Below are positions 47,979-56,353 of a stretch of 64,000 nt of DNA, piece after piece. How positions within the stretch are numbered: position 1 is the stretch's first letter; each line of letters opens with the position of its first letter. The stretch spans positions 2,030 to 66,029 of the forward strand of contig JANQEX010000077.1 of the NCBI GenBank assembly GCA_028278105.1, given 5' to 3'. Source of the stretch: Alphaproteobacteria bacterium (GTDB lineage: Bacteria > Pseudomonadota > Alphaproteobacteria > UBA9219 > RGZA01). The translations under genes were made by a program, and so were the position numbers. The notes below the pieces were generated by a model, which was not told where the DNA came from, ran no database searches, and was given only the letters and a program-made list of their open reading frames with translations.

Positions 47979-49711
47979 CGGGCCGGTTTGCCTTCCTTGC
48001 CGTCTTTTACGCCGCGCTGCTGGCAGGCTCCCCGCTTTATGCCGGCTGCGTGAACCCGCCGGGCGTGAACGGGGAGGCGATTTATAACGCGGATCACAAC
48101 GTCATGCAGTTCTGTGACGGCGCAAGCTGGATCAGCATGGCGGCTTCCGGTTCGGCCACCGAGGTGGACCCCAAGGTGGGCACGCTGGAAAACGGCAAAT
48201 GGTGTTCATCCAATGGTGTCATCATCACCTGCACCGAGGATGCGCCCGTCAGCGGCGCGGGCGGCTCCAGCGGGCAGGTGCAGTATAACACCGGCACCGG
48301 GCTTGGTGGTGCCGTGGCCGTCACCTATGCCACCTCCGGTGATCTGCTGATGCTTATATCGCAGGCGGCCACCGACATTCCCCTGGTGATAAAGGGCGCG
48401 GCGGACCAGACGGGGAATCTTCTGGAAATACGGGACTCCGATGACACGCCGCTGGTCACGGTCTCTTTTGCGGGCGTAATCGGCGGCTCCGGCGCATCGC
48501 TCACCAGCCTGAACGCCGATAGCCTCGCCAACGGCACAATCCCCGACGCGCGGTTTCCGGCCACGCTTCCCGCATCTTCGGGCGCGAACCTCACCGCCTT
48601 GAACGCCGGCAACATCTCCAGCGGCACGGTGGCCACGGCGCGGCTGGGTTCGGGAACGGCCAACAGTTCCACTTATCTGCGCGGGGACGGCGCCTGGACA
48701 AGCGTGAGCGCGGGCACGACCCTGCCCGATTGCGCGGACGGGCAAATCGTCGTGCGCCTGGACGGCGGATGGGTGTGCAAGAATCAGTTCACATGGGTCT
48801 GCTCCGTCACATGGACGCAGCGCACCGGCGCGGGCAGCCGGATCTGGTTCGACATCGCCAGCAGCAGCGACGGCGCCAAACTGGCGGCGGTGGTCCGCGG
48901 CGGCTATATCTACACCAGCAGCGACGGCGGCGCGACCTGGACGGCGCGCACCAGTGCGGGCAGCTGGGAGTGGATCGCCATCGCCAGCAGCAGCGACGGC
49001 GTCAAGCTGGCGGCGGTGAACGACTCCGACGACTATATTTACACCAGCAGCGACTCCGGCGCGACCTGGACGGCGCGCACCAGTGCGGGCAGCCGGAGGT
49101 GGAGCGGCATCGCCAGCAGCAGCGACGGCGTCAAGCTGGCGGCGGGAGTCTACGGCGGCTATATCTACACCAGCGATGACTTCGGAATGACCTGGACGGA
49201 ACAGACTGCCGCGGGCAGCCGGGAGTGGCTCTACATCGCCAGCAGCAGCGACGGCAGCAAGCTGGCGGCGGCGACAGCCAGAAGCTTCGGCTATATCTAC
49301 ACCAGTAGCGACAGCGGTGCGACCTGGACGGCGCGCACCGGCGCAGGCAGCCGGAGGTGGAAGGCCATCGCCAGCAGCAGCGACGGCGTCAAGCTGGCGG
49401 CGGGGGTCTACAACGGCTATATCTACACCAGCAGCGACAGCGGCGCGACCTGGACGGAGCAGGCCGGCGCGGGCAGCCGGGTCTGGTACCGCATCGCCAG
49501 CAGCAGCGACGGCAGCAAGCTGGCGGCGACCGGCGTCGGCGGTTATATCTACACCAGCAGCGACAGCGGCGCGACCTGGACGGAGCAGTCCGGCGCGGGC
49601 AGCCGGACCTGGTACCGCATCGCCAGCAGCAGCGACGGCAGCAAGCTGGCGGCGGCTGTCTACAACGGCTATATTTACACCGGCGCCACAACTTGCGATT
49701 TTTTTGAGTGA
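47975..49711 (+). CDS. Secreted mosaic protein: phage-tail-fibre-like repeats plus eight BNR/Asp-box-like beta-propeller blades
   Basis: Signal peptide MTGRFAFLAVFYAALLAGSPLYAG. The central region (SLNADSLANGTIPDARFPATLPASSGANLTALNAGNISSGTVATARLGSGTANSSTYLRGDGAWTSV) resembles phage tail fibre repeats. It is followed by eight ~40-aa repeats IASSSDG.KLAA....GYIYTSSDSGATWT..T.AGSR.W containing S-x-D-x-G-x-T-W boxes. Confidence 0.65.
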   Translation: MTGRFAFLAVFYAALLAGSPLYAGCVNPPGVNGEAIYNADHNVMQFCDGASWISMAASGSATEVDPKVGTLENGKWCSSNGVIITCTEDAPVSGAGGSSGQVQYNTGTGLGGAVAVTYATSGDLLMLISQAATDIPLVIKGAADQTGNLLEIRDSDDTPLVTVSFAGVIGGSGASLTSLNADSLANGTIPDARFPATLPASSGANLTALNAGNISSGTVATARLGSGTANSSTYLRGDGAWTSVSAGTTLPDCADGQIVVRLDGGWVCKNQFTWVCSVTWTQRTGAGSRIWFDIASSSDGAKLAAVVRGGYIYTSSDGGATWTARTSAGSWEWIAIASSSDGVKLAAVNDSDDYIYTSSDSGATWTARTSAGSRRWSGIASSSDGVKLAAGVYGGYIYTSDDFGMTWTEQTAAGSREWLYIASSSDGSKLAAATARSFGYIYTSSDSGATWTARTGAGSRRWKAIASSSDGVKLAAGVYNGYIYTSSDSGATWTEQAGAGSRVWYRIASSSDGSKLAATGVGGYIYTSSDSGATWTEQSGAGSRTWYRIASSSDGSKLAAAVYNGYIYTGATTCDFFE

Positions 49712-49739
49712 CAATCCTTCAAGGGACGCGGCTTTTTTT

Positions 49740-50050
49740 ATCCCCCTCCCTTTGGCCCGCCTTCGCTAAAGCTCCGGCGAGGTCCTTGAAGAAAGCCCGT
49801 CCGCCGAAGCCCGCAGGGCGGAGGCGGAGAGGGGTTAGGGGAGGGTGTGTAAACAGGGTCACAAGGGTCAGGAGGGTCAAAGACCCTTTTGACCCTTTCG
49901 CCCCCTTATGCCCCTCAGTTATCCCTCCCCCTTGCCCCCTCCCGGAGGGAGGGGGGATGGGATTTTCATTCCCCTCTCTCTGGCCGCCTGCGCTAAAGCT
50001 GCGGCGGGCGCATTTGCAAGTGTGCCCTGCGAAGCCGAAGACGAAGCAGG
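49740..50050. repeat. Composite repeat region (family-5 hairpins, a family-4 array and REP3-like palindromes)
   Basis: 49852-49912 is a GGGTCA/TGACCC array. 49925-49975 CCCTCCCCCTTGCCCCCTCCCGGAGGGAGGGGGGATGGGATTTTCATTCCCCTCTC. 49985-50050 is REP3-like (GCGCTAAAGCTGCGGCGGGCGCATTTGCAAGTGTGCCCTGCGAAGCCGAAG). Confidence 0.65.
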
Positions 50051-50069
50051 CTGGCGGGAGCGGGAATGC

Positions 50070-50323
50070 CTAGGTTCGATGGACAATTACCAAGACGAAC
50101 ATTCCCGCCCCCGCCTGTCCGCCTCCGCAAGCTTCGGCGCGACGGGTACGCCAAAACCTCGGCGTAGCCGCAGGCGAAGCCGGGCGCGGGGGCAGGCTCC
50201 AGCGGGAATCCCATTTGTTTTCAAGAACAAATTGGATTCCGGGTCGCGGTTGCTGCGCAACCTTGCCCGGAATGTTCATCTCGTCTTTTCAATGACTTGA
50301 GTTTAATTGTCCATTGAACCTAG
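50070..50323. mobile_element. MITE-A copy with a REP2 element nested at the apex
   Basis: TIRs CTAGGTTCGATGGACAATTACC...GTTTAATTGTCCATTGAACCTAG. The REP2 insert (about 50108-50205) sits between CATTCCCGC and GGGAATCCC, exactly as in the copy at 11290. Confidence 0.8.
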
Positions 50324-50403
50324 GGGCTGGACTCATTATACCAACAAGCTTACGAACCGACACAGGCTCCGGCGGGAACAGGAATGCGCATATTCCAAAA
50401 TGC

Positions 50404-51561
50404 TCAAAGCCCGGAAACGGCCAGAACTTCCGCCGCCGGGTTTTGGGCGCGGAAACCCGCCGTCATCTCGGCATGATGCGCGCCGCCATTCAAAAGGATC
50501 AGGGCCGGTTTGCCTTCCATCACAGCCGGCGCAAAAACCTGCATCCGTGTGCCGTAAAGCCGCCGGCCCTGCTTGACGAGGCTGTTGTCCAGCAGTCCCT
50601 TGATCTTTGATTGATCCAGGCCGAAGGTGAACAGATATTGCGAATAGATGCTGGCCGGAGCGACATAGACCGGCGCTTCGCTTTGCGTAACCCGCCGGTT
50701 CAGCGCTTCAACCTTGCGCTGGAAGGTGGCGAAATATTCCCGCACGAGATGAAGAGTGGCGTCCCCGCCGCCCGCAAAGGGCGTGGCGCTTTCGAATGCC
50801 CCGTCCCGCTCGAACGCCAGGAAAACCGAATGGCCGGCGCCATGGGCTTCACGCGCGGCAAGCCGGAAACCGTGCTGCCGGAACAAAACAACCAGATTAT
50901 CGACCGGGCAATAAAAACTGTGTTCCCAGTTGACCGCGCCCGGTTCGCCGCGCGCCAGCCATTTCGCCAGATCGGGCCAGGCCACAAGCACCCGTCCGCC
51001 CCGCGGCAGACGCTGGCCCAGCAGGTTTACGATTTCGCGCGGCTTATACATGTGTTCCAGCGAATGGCAGAAAACCAGGGTGCGCACGCCTTCGGGCAGG
51101 CTGAAACTTTCATCAAAAAAGCCGCGCGCCAGCTTTAAGTTGGGGATCGGATCGCCGCTGATCAGCGGATTCGGCTCCAGAATATGCCAAACGGGCTCGG
51201 CATTGCTGGCGCGGAACGCGCGCGCAAGACGTCCGCCGCCGCCACCGACTTCCAGAACATCCGCCACCCGGTTCGCCGCGACGAATCCGGCAAAGGCGGC
51301 ATTGTGCGCATCCCACGCCTTGCCGAGGCCGGTGGCGTGCCCGCCCTGATACACGATTTCCAGCGGCACAAGCTCCGCCAACTGGGCGGCGCCGCATGTT
51401 TCGCACGCCTCCCAACGCATGGGAAAGGCCAGGTCTTCCGATGCGGGCGTATCCACGCATCCCTGGAACAGGGGCATGGGCGGCGTGGCGAAGGCCGGGA
51501 CAAGCTTTGTCCCGTGGCACAACATACAGCGCGCGCGGGGAATGAGTTCTGGCGGCATCAT
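50404..51561 (-). CDS. Class I SAM-dependent methyltransferase with an N-terminal zinc-ribbon (sugar C-methyltransferase-like)
   Basis: N-terminal CxxC...CxxC (CMLCHG...CETCG), SAM-binding motif VLEVGGGGG, and a C-terminal methyltransferase domain typical of NDP-sugar C-methyltransferases. Confidence 0.6.
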   Translation of the reverse strand: MMPPELIPRARCMLCHGTKLVPAFATPPMPLFQGCVDTPASEDLAFPMRWEACETCGAAQLAELVPLEIVYQGGHATGLGKAWDAHNAAFAGFVAANRVADVLEVGGGGGRLARAFRASNAEPVWHILEPNPLISGDPIPNLKLARGFFDESFSLPEGVRTLVFCHSLEHMYKPREIVNLLGQRLPRGGRVLVAWPDLAKWLARGEPGAVNWEHSFYCPVDNLVVLFRQHGFRLAAREAHGAGHSVFLAFERDGAFESATPFAGGGDATLHLVREYFATFQRKVEALNRRVTQSEAPVYVAPASIYSQYLFTFGLDQSKIKGLLDNSLVKQGRRLYGTRMQVFAPAVMEGKPALILLNGGAHHAEMTAGFRAQNPAAEVLAVSGL

Positions 51562-52367
51562 GACCGGAATCCCTTTTCGGCAACCGTCTGGCAGGTATAG
51601 CGAAAACCGGGCGCGCCGTGATTTTCCTCCAGAAACTTTTTTCGCGCAAAACTGTAGGAAACCAGTACGCCAAGAATTTTCGCGGCCTGCCTGAACAATC
51701 TGGCGTTGGAAACCTGATCCTCCTCATGCCAGTTGACCGGCACATATTTCAGCTTCCGCCCCTTGGCGCACATGGTGAGAAGAAAATAGCAGTGAAAGGT
51801 CAGGTCGTCCGCGGCTTTGGCGTAGTCACCCTCTTTCAGCACCGTGGGGCCGTAAAGATTGAGGCCGGAGCCCATGTCGCGGATCAGCCGCCCGCTGCAC
51901 AGCGTGAACAGGGTGTTGAACACAAAATTGCCGAACTGCCGGAAAGTGCCGTACCCATAAAGCCGCGAGCCCTTCATGAAGCGCGAGCCGAGCATCACAT
52001 CGGCCTGCACATGCTCCCCCGCCTGAAGATGCGGAACGAAATCGCGGATATCGGCCTGATCGTCGCCATGCAGGGCGATGACATGCGTGAAGCCGTGATC
52101 CAGCGCATGGCGGAACGCCACCTTGTGCGAGCCGCCAAGACTGTAATTCGCATCGTTGATGACAAGCCGCGTGGGGATGGGCGGGGCCGCGCCCATGGCG
52201 GCTTCGGCCGCCTCCAGGCTGCCGTCGGGCGAGCGGTTGTCAACAACCAGAACCTCCGCCACCACGCCCGCGGCGTATTTGTAAACCTTTTCCAGCACGC
52301 GCCCGATCTGCGGCGCGCAGCGGTACATGGGAATAAAAAGAAGGATTTTCCCTGGGGGAACGCTCAC
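51558..52367 (-). CDS. Family 2 glycosyltransferase (polyprenyl-phosphate sugar synthase-like)
   Basis: 269-aa ORF with GT2 motifs (VLVVDNRSPDGS, DxD-like HGDD). Overlaps neighbours by 4 nt on both sides, indicating an operon. Confidence 0.65.
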   Translation of the reverse strand: MSVPPGKILLFIPMYRCAPQIGRVLEKVYKYAAGVVAEVLVVDNRSPDGSLEAAEAAMGAAPPIPTRLVINDANYSLGGSHKVAFRHALDHGFTHVIALHGDDQADIRDFVPHLQAGEHVQADVMLGSRFMKGSRLYGYGTFRQFGNFVFNTLFTLCSGRLIRDMGSGLNLYGPTVLKEGDYAKAADDLTFHCYFLLTMCAKGRKLKYVPVNWHEEDQVSNARLFRQAAKILGVLVSYSFARKKFLEENHGAPGFRYTCQTVAEKGFRS

Positions 52368-52433
52368 GCCATACTCCGAAAAACGTCAGCCTGTTTTTAC
52401 CATTCCACACATACGGACACAAATATATGGATT

Positions 52434-54353
52434 TCATCCCTTCCGGGCCGGTTTCCCCGTCCCACCGCAATCGACTTTCAGCGCCTTCACGGTTGCGTCG
52501 AAATAGTCCTGCGGCAAGTTGATGTGCCAAACATAACGATCATCGGCCATCTGCGCGATGGGCTGGGTCGGCACCGGCACAAAGCCGGGGCGCGTGCGTT
52601 TCTCCAGCAGCACGGCCCGGTCCGGGCAGGCCTCGCGCGCCACCGCCTGCGGGAAATTCACCTCTTCATGATAGCGGGCCGAGGGCCAGATGAAGGTGAA
52701 AATCACCGCACCATGCGTGAGGACCAGAAAAGCCAGCAGCGCCGGGCCAAAGAGCACCAGCTTTTTCATGCGCCCGCCCAGGCGCCGCGCGGCAAGGTCC
52801 AGCAGCAGCAGCACCGCGACCATGCCCATGATGTTCAGCCCGTAGTAATAACGGTCGGGGAAACTGGTGCCGTAATGACCAAGAAAAGCCGACAGGCCGC
52901 GCCGCTGGACGGCCACGCCCAGAATGTAAACCGCAAAGCCGCTCCAGGCGCACCAGACCGGAAGCAGGTCGTCAAGCTTGCATGCGCGCAAACGCCAGTA
53001 AAGCCATGCGGCGGCGGCGGCAAATAATAGCGCCAGCTCCACCACCAGCGTGTCGTTCAGCAGACGGTAAACCGGCGCGATGATCGGAAACAACAGCATG
53101 CGCGCCAGCACGAACTCGATCATCGCCTCGCGCTTGACCTCAAGGCCGCCCGCTCCTCCGGCAAAAGTGAACATGTCGGACGGCATCAGCAAGAAGGTTC
53201 CGCCCATCAGCAGCAACGCCGCCACGGGAACGCCCCATAAAAAAGCCTTGCGCGTTCCGCGCTGCCGCCGCCAAAGCCACAGGGCGTAAAACGCCGCGTA
53301 AACCGGCACAAGGCCGAAGGTGACCGGAAAGGTCAGCATGCAAATGAAGAACACGGCAAGGCAAGCGGCCTGAAGGCGCAGATCCTCCGGCTTCATCAGG
53401 GCGCGGATCATGACGACCAGCGCGATGACCGGAAACAGATAGGCCAGGTTCAGGATCCGCCCCAGCACCTCGTTATTCTCGCCGCCCATGGGCATCAGCA
53501 GCAGGAAGCCCCACAGGGAAAGCCGGGTCAGAAGATGAAAGCGCTTGCGGAAAAGCGCAAAAGGCAGCAGCGCCACGCCCGCCATGAAGGCCCAGGAGAC
53601 GCAGGCGTAAATCTGCGGCAGATAAACCAGCGACTTGCCGAAAAACAGCCCGTTCAGGCCAAGGCCGATGAAATGAAGGATGGAGGAGCCCAAAACGGGA
53701 AAGCCCTGCCGCGCGTGAAGGCCCGTTTCCCATACGCCTTTTTCCAGAAGCTTGCCGGTCCAGGGGCCGTCCTCGCCGTAAAGGATGGGAAAAACGAAAG
53801 GATCGGCATTGCGCAGCACCAGCAACGCCACGCCAAGAATGAACAGCGCCGCCATGAACAGCCGGGGCCGGCTATCGTCCAGCCGCTTGAGGGCGCGATA
53901 CCAATTGCGCAGGAACGCGCCGCGCAGCACCAGCCTTTCGCTTGTCAGCCGCGCCACCAGAAAGTTCAGGGCCAACGTGAAGGGCGTAACGATGATCTTG
54001 GCGGCAACGGCGGCGGCGGCGGGATTCAGAAAGGGCAGCATCAGGGGTTGCAACGCGCCGATGGCGGCCGAAGCGGCGATAATCGCCGCCAGGGAATAAA
54101 CAATGTAAAAGGCTATTTTCCTGGTCAGCGCCGTTTCGTTTTTGCGGAAGATGCGCTCATGCGCCACGATGAAGGCAAAGGTCATGCCCACGCAGCCGCT
54201 GACCAGATTGGCGACGAAGGGAGAAAATCCCGTCCACGACACCAGAGCCGTGAACACGGCCATGTCCAGCAGCCATCCCAGCCCCGACGCCGCCGCGAAA
54301 GGCAGAAAGGTTCTGGGCGGAAGAATTTTGAAAACCCGTGCGAGAGGATTCAT
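52434..54353 (-). CDS. GtrA-domain fused to a large polytopic membrane protein (putative GT-C-type glycan transferase)
   Basis: The N-terminal ~140 aa form four TM helices with the GtrA-family pattern (FAAASGLGWLLDMAVF...GMTFAFIVAHERIF...AKIIVTPFTLALNFLVAR). About 500 further aa contain more than 10 TM helices. Confidence 0.55.
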   Translation of the reverse strand: MNPLARVFKILPPRTFLPFAAASGLGWLLDMAVFTALVSWTGFSPFVANLVSGCVGMTFAFIVAHERIFRKNETALTRKIAFYIVYSLAAIIAASAAIGALQPLMLPFLNPAAAAVAAKIIVTPFTLALNFLVARLTSERLVLRGAFLRNWYRALKRLDDSRPRLFMAALFILGVALLVLRNADPFVFPILYGEDGPWTGKLLEKGVWETGLHARQGFPVLGSSILHFIGLGLNGLFFGKSLVYLPQIYACVSWAFMAGVALLPFALFRKRFHLLTRLSLWGFLLLMPMGGENNEVLGRILNLAYLFPVIALVVMIRALMKPEDLRLQAACLAVFFICMLTFPVTFGLVPVYAAFYALWLWRRQRGTRKAFLWGVPVAALLLMGGTFLLMPSDMFTFAGGAGGLEVKREAMIEFVLARMLLFPIIAPVYRLLNDTLVVELALLFAAAAAWLYWRLRACKLDDLLPVWCAWSGFAVYILGVAVQRRGLSAFLGHYGTSFPDRYYYGLNIMGMVAVLLLLDLAARRLGGRMKKLVLFGPALLAFLVLTHGAVIFTFIWPSARYHEEVNFPQAVAREACPDRAVLLEKRTRPGFVPVPTQPIAQMADDRYVWHINLPQDYFDATVKALKVDCGGTGKPARKG

Positions 54354-54395
54354 GCGGACGCCTCATCATCTGACAAACGACAGGAACACTTTACT

Positions 54396-54518
54396 CTAGG
54401 GCCAATAGACAATTACCAACATGAACATTCCCGCGAAAGCGGGAATCCCATTTATCTTCAAAAACAAACGGGATTCCGCAGGCGCGGCTGCTTCACAACC
54501 TTACCCGGAATGTTCATT
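54396..54518. mobile_element. MITE-A, degenerate right-truncated copy
   Basis: CTAGGGCCAATAGACAATTACCAACATGAACATTCCCGCGAAAGCGGGAATCCCATTTATCTTC...GGAATGTTCATTAATGG lacks the right TIR. Confidence 0.65.
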
Positions 54519-55920
54519 AATGGAAGTCATTGCCTCCGCCGCGATAGGGACCCAGGCGCCGCTCATGCAGTCTTTGCTTGATGGCCAGCGCCTCGGATGC
54601 CGAAGGGTAAAGCGATGAATCCTCCGGCACGCTTTTGTCATGCACGGCATAGGCTTTGCTTAAACTCCGGTTCAGGCCTTGCGCCTCGTCCACAATCGCC
54701 CAGGCCCGCGCATAAGTTGTGCAGCTAAGCGCCAGAAGAAGCACGGCCGCGGCCCATCCCGCTCGCGCGGCGAATCCGCCTTTCAGCCGGGTCAAAAACG
54801 GCAAGGCCCTTTGAAGATCACAACAAGCCGCAAGCAGTCCGAAATACATGATATTCGCAACAATGGTGGTGGGCGACACGCCGGCATGGGCAACGCCATA
54901 TCCGGGGAGCGCGCCGCGTCCATAGCCGACGGCGCCGGCGACCAGAACCGCATAGGACACGGCCAGCACAAAAAAACCATTGCGTGTTTCCGCCAGTCTT
55001 TCGCGTTTTCGCAGAACATGAATGAAATACGCTGCGGCAAGGGCGCAGACGACGCCGCCGCAAACGGCGTTGATCGCGTATTCGCTGGCATGGCCGAACA
55101 TGCCGATGTGATACATCCAGACAAGGTTGCCAAGCGGCTTGCCCAGAAATACGAGCACGTAAAGCGCAAGATCAATGACTCCCGGATGTTCCTGCGCCGT
55201 AAACGGCAGTCCCGGAAAATACAGCGCCGCCGCCGCCGTGGCATTGGCGATCCAGAAGGCTCTTTCCATCCATGTCGTTTTTCGCAGAAACAGCACCAGC
55301 AGCAACACCGGCAAGAAGGCCAGGATGCCGCTGGCAAAGCTGTAAGTGGCGAACCATAGAAGAATGGCCGCCAAAATCCGCGACGGCCAGCGCCGGGCGG
55401 CTTGCGCCAGCAATACATAGGCGCAGAGCACATAGGCGCAGCACATCACGAGTTCGATCATGAAGCTCCACCACATGTTCACATGCTGCGCGGGCGAAAA
55501 GCCAAGAATGGCCGCCGCGCCCAGTATCGCCGTCCGTTCCCAGCCTCCAACATTGGCCGGGAGGACGCGATGGAGGAAAAAAAGAACGGCCGCCACCTGC
55601 CCGGTCTGGAACAGGTTGAGCAGAACGAATTCCCAGCGCAGGTTCCATCCCGACAGCAGGGCGGGACCCAGCAGCAAAAGCCGTGGCGCGGCGATGCGAT
55701 GCTCGTTATGCGGCTGGAAGATGCGGGAAAGCGTCAGCGCGCCGTCATGGGCGGAAGCGACCAGCGAGGAAGTGTCCCCCGCATGATCCCAGAAGGGATG
55801 GACCAGCGCGCCCGACTGGGAAAAGGCCACATAGTAAAGCGCGGGCAGAAGGACGAGCAGCCACGCTGTCCAAGCAGGCAGTGATATTTTGTCAGCGAAG
55901 AAAGGCTTTGTCATCGGCAT
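54517..55920 (-). CDS. Polytopic membrane protein (possible GT-C glycosyltransferase / polymerase)
   Basis: 467-aa ORF with at least 10 hydrophobic helices, located in the glycan cluster. No soluble-domain motifs. Confidence 0.45.
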   Translation of the reverse strand: MPMTKPFFADKISLPAWTAWLLVLLPALYYVAFSQSGALVHPFWDHAGDTSSLVASAHDGALTLSRIFQPHNEHRIAAPRLLLLGPALLSGWNLRWEFVLLNLFQTGQVAAVLFFLHRVLPANVGGWERTAILGAAAILGFSPAQHVNMWWSFMIELVMCCAYVLCAYVLLAQAARRWPSRILAAILLWFATYSFASGILAFLPVLLLVLFLRKTTWMERAFWIANATAAAALYFPGLPFTAQEHPGVIDLALYVLVFLGKPLGNLVWMYHIGMFGHASEYAINAVCGGVVCALAAAYFIHVLRKRERLAETRNGFFVLAVSYAVLVAGAVGYGRGALPGYGVAHAGVSPTTIVANIMYFGLLAACCDLQRALPFLTRLKGGFAARAGWAAAVLLLALSCTTYARAWAIVDEAQGLNRSLSKAYAVHDKSVPEDSSLYPSASEALAIKQRLHERRLGPYRGGGNDFH

Positions 55921-56007
55921 GAAGAGTATTCAGAAGGCTCTAGACTGGCCGAACGTAGTGTTTTTTGATTATAACGAGTTGTCGGACAAGGTCATCGGTT
56001 TTTTGGC

Positions 56008-56214
56008 CTAGCGCCATTCGCATTCCTTGAGGCACCGGCCGAAGTTCTTCTTCACGCCGCTGAACTTGGAGAGACGGCGTTTGACGAAGGACCAGAAACT
56101 TTCAATGCCGTTGATGCGCGCGCCGTGCAGGGCGAAGGCCTTTCTTTTGTTGATGCGCGAATGCTTGTCAAAGTCCACATCCATCAACCCGTCATAGCCG
56201 CTCCACACAAACAA
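56008..56214 (-). pseudogene. IS1595-family (ISXO2-like) transposase C-terminal fragment
   Basis: The 68-aa ORF ...INGIESFWSFVKRRLSKFSGVKKNFGRCLKECEWR matches the conserved C-terminal DDE-domain end of IS1595-family transposases. No N-terminal region or IS ends were found. It lies in an AT-rich patch. Confidence 0.7.
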
Positions 56215-56215
56215 A

Positions 56216-56295
56216 AACGGCAGGCCGGAGCCTGCCGTCTCATTTTGTGAACAACGTCTTGTTAACGGTAAGACGCCGTTTTCTAATCAGCTGTT
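56216..56295 (-). ncRNA. Predicted tracrRNA of the type II-C system
   Basis: The minus strand at 56272-56292 is a perfect 21-nt complement of the crRNA repeat segment GACGCCGUUUUCUAAUCAGCU, extendable with a bulge. Downstream on the minus strand lie the hairpin AACAAGACGTTGTT and the terminator GACGGCAGGCTCCGGCCTGCCGT-TTTTTGTTT. The upstream promoter is TTGACG-N18-TAAAAT (56300-56329). Confidence 0.7.
56217..56238 (-). terminator. Rho-independent terminator hairpin (tracrRNA 3' end)
   Basis: ACGGCAGGC-CGGA-GCCTGCCGT stem-loop followed on the minus strand by UUUUUGUUU. Also U-rich on the plus side. Confidence 0.7.
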
Positions 56296-56299
56296 GCGA

Positions 56300-56329
56300 A
56301 TTTTAGCCGGCCGGGCTTATCGTCGTCAA
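56300..56329 (-). promoter_or_regulatory. Predicted sigma70 promoter of tracrRNA (minus strand -35 TTGACG, 18-bp spacer, -10 TAAAAT)
   Basis: Reverse complement of 56324-56329 is TTGACG and of 56300-56305 is TAAAAT. The hexamers are the same as in the repeat-embedded promoters of the array. Confidence 0.5.
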
Positions 56330-56353
56330 GGCAATTTAATAGGGGGACAAGCA

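Noticed and set aside
48206-49714. 502-aa minus-strand ORF
   Set aside because: Antisense to the tandem-repeat region of the propeller gene; its own repeat structure merely mirrors the sense-strand repeats.
56262-56353. tracrRNA on the plus strand, co-directional with cas9
   Set aside because: The plus strand carries the repeat-sense sequence GACGCCGTTTTCTAATCAGCT, so only the minus-strand transcript is complementary to crRNAs made in the canonical GTTG...ATAAT orientation. The minus-strand version also has a promoter and an intrinsic terminator, which the plus-strand version lacks.
56294-56353. Upstream extension of cas9 to the ATG at 56294
   Set aside because: The extension (MRILAGRAYRRQGNLIGGQA) precedes the conserved RuvC-I start MKTRLALDLGSTSLGW. 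It overlaps the predicted tracrRNA promoter and lacks an RBS, whereas ATG 56354 has AGGGGGA upstream.
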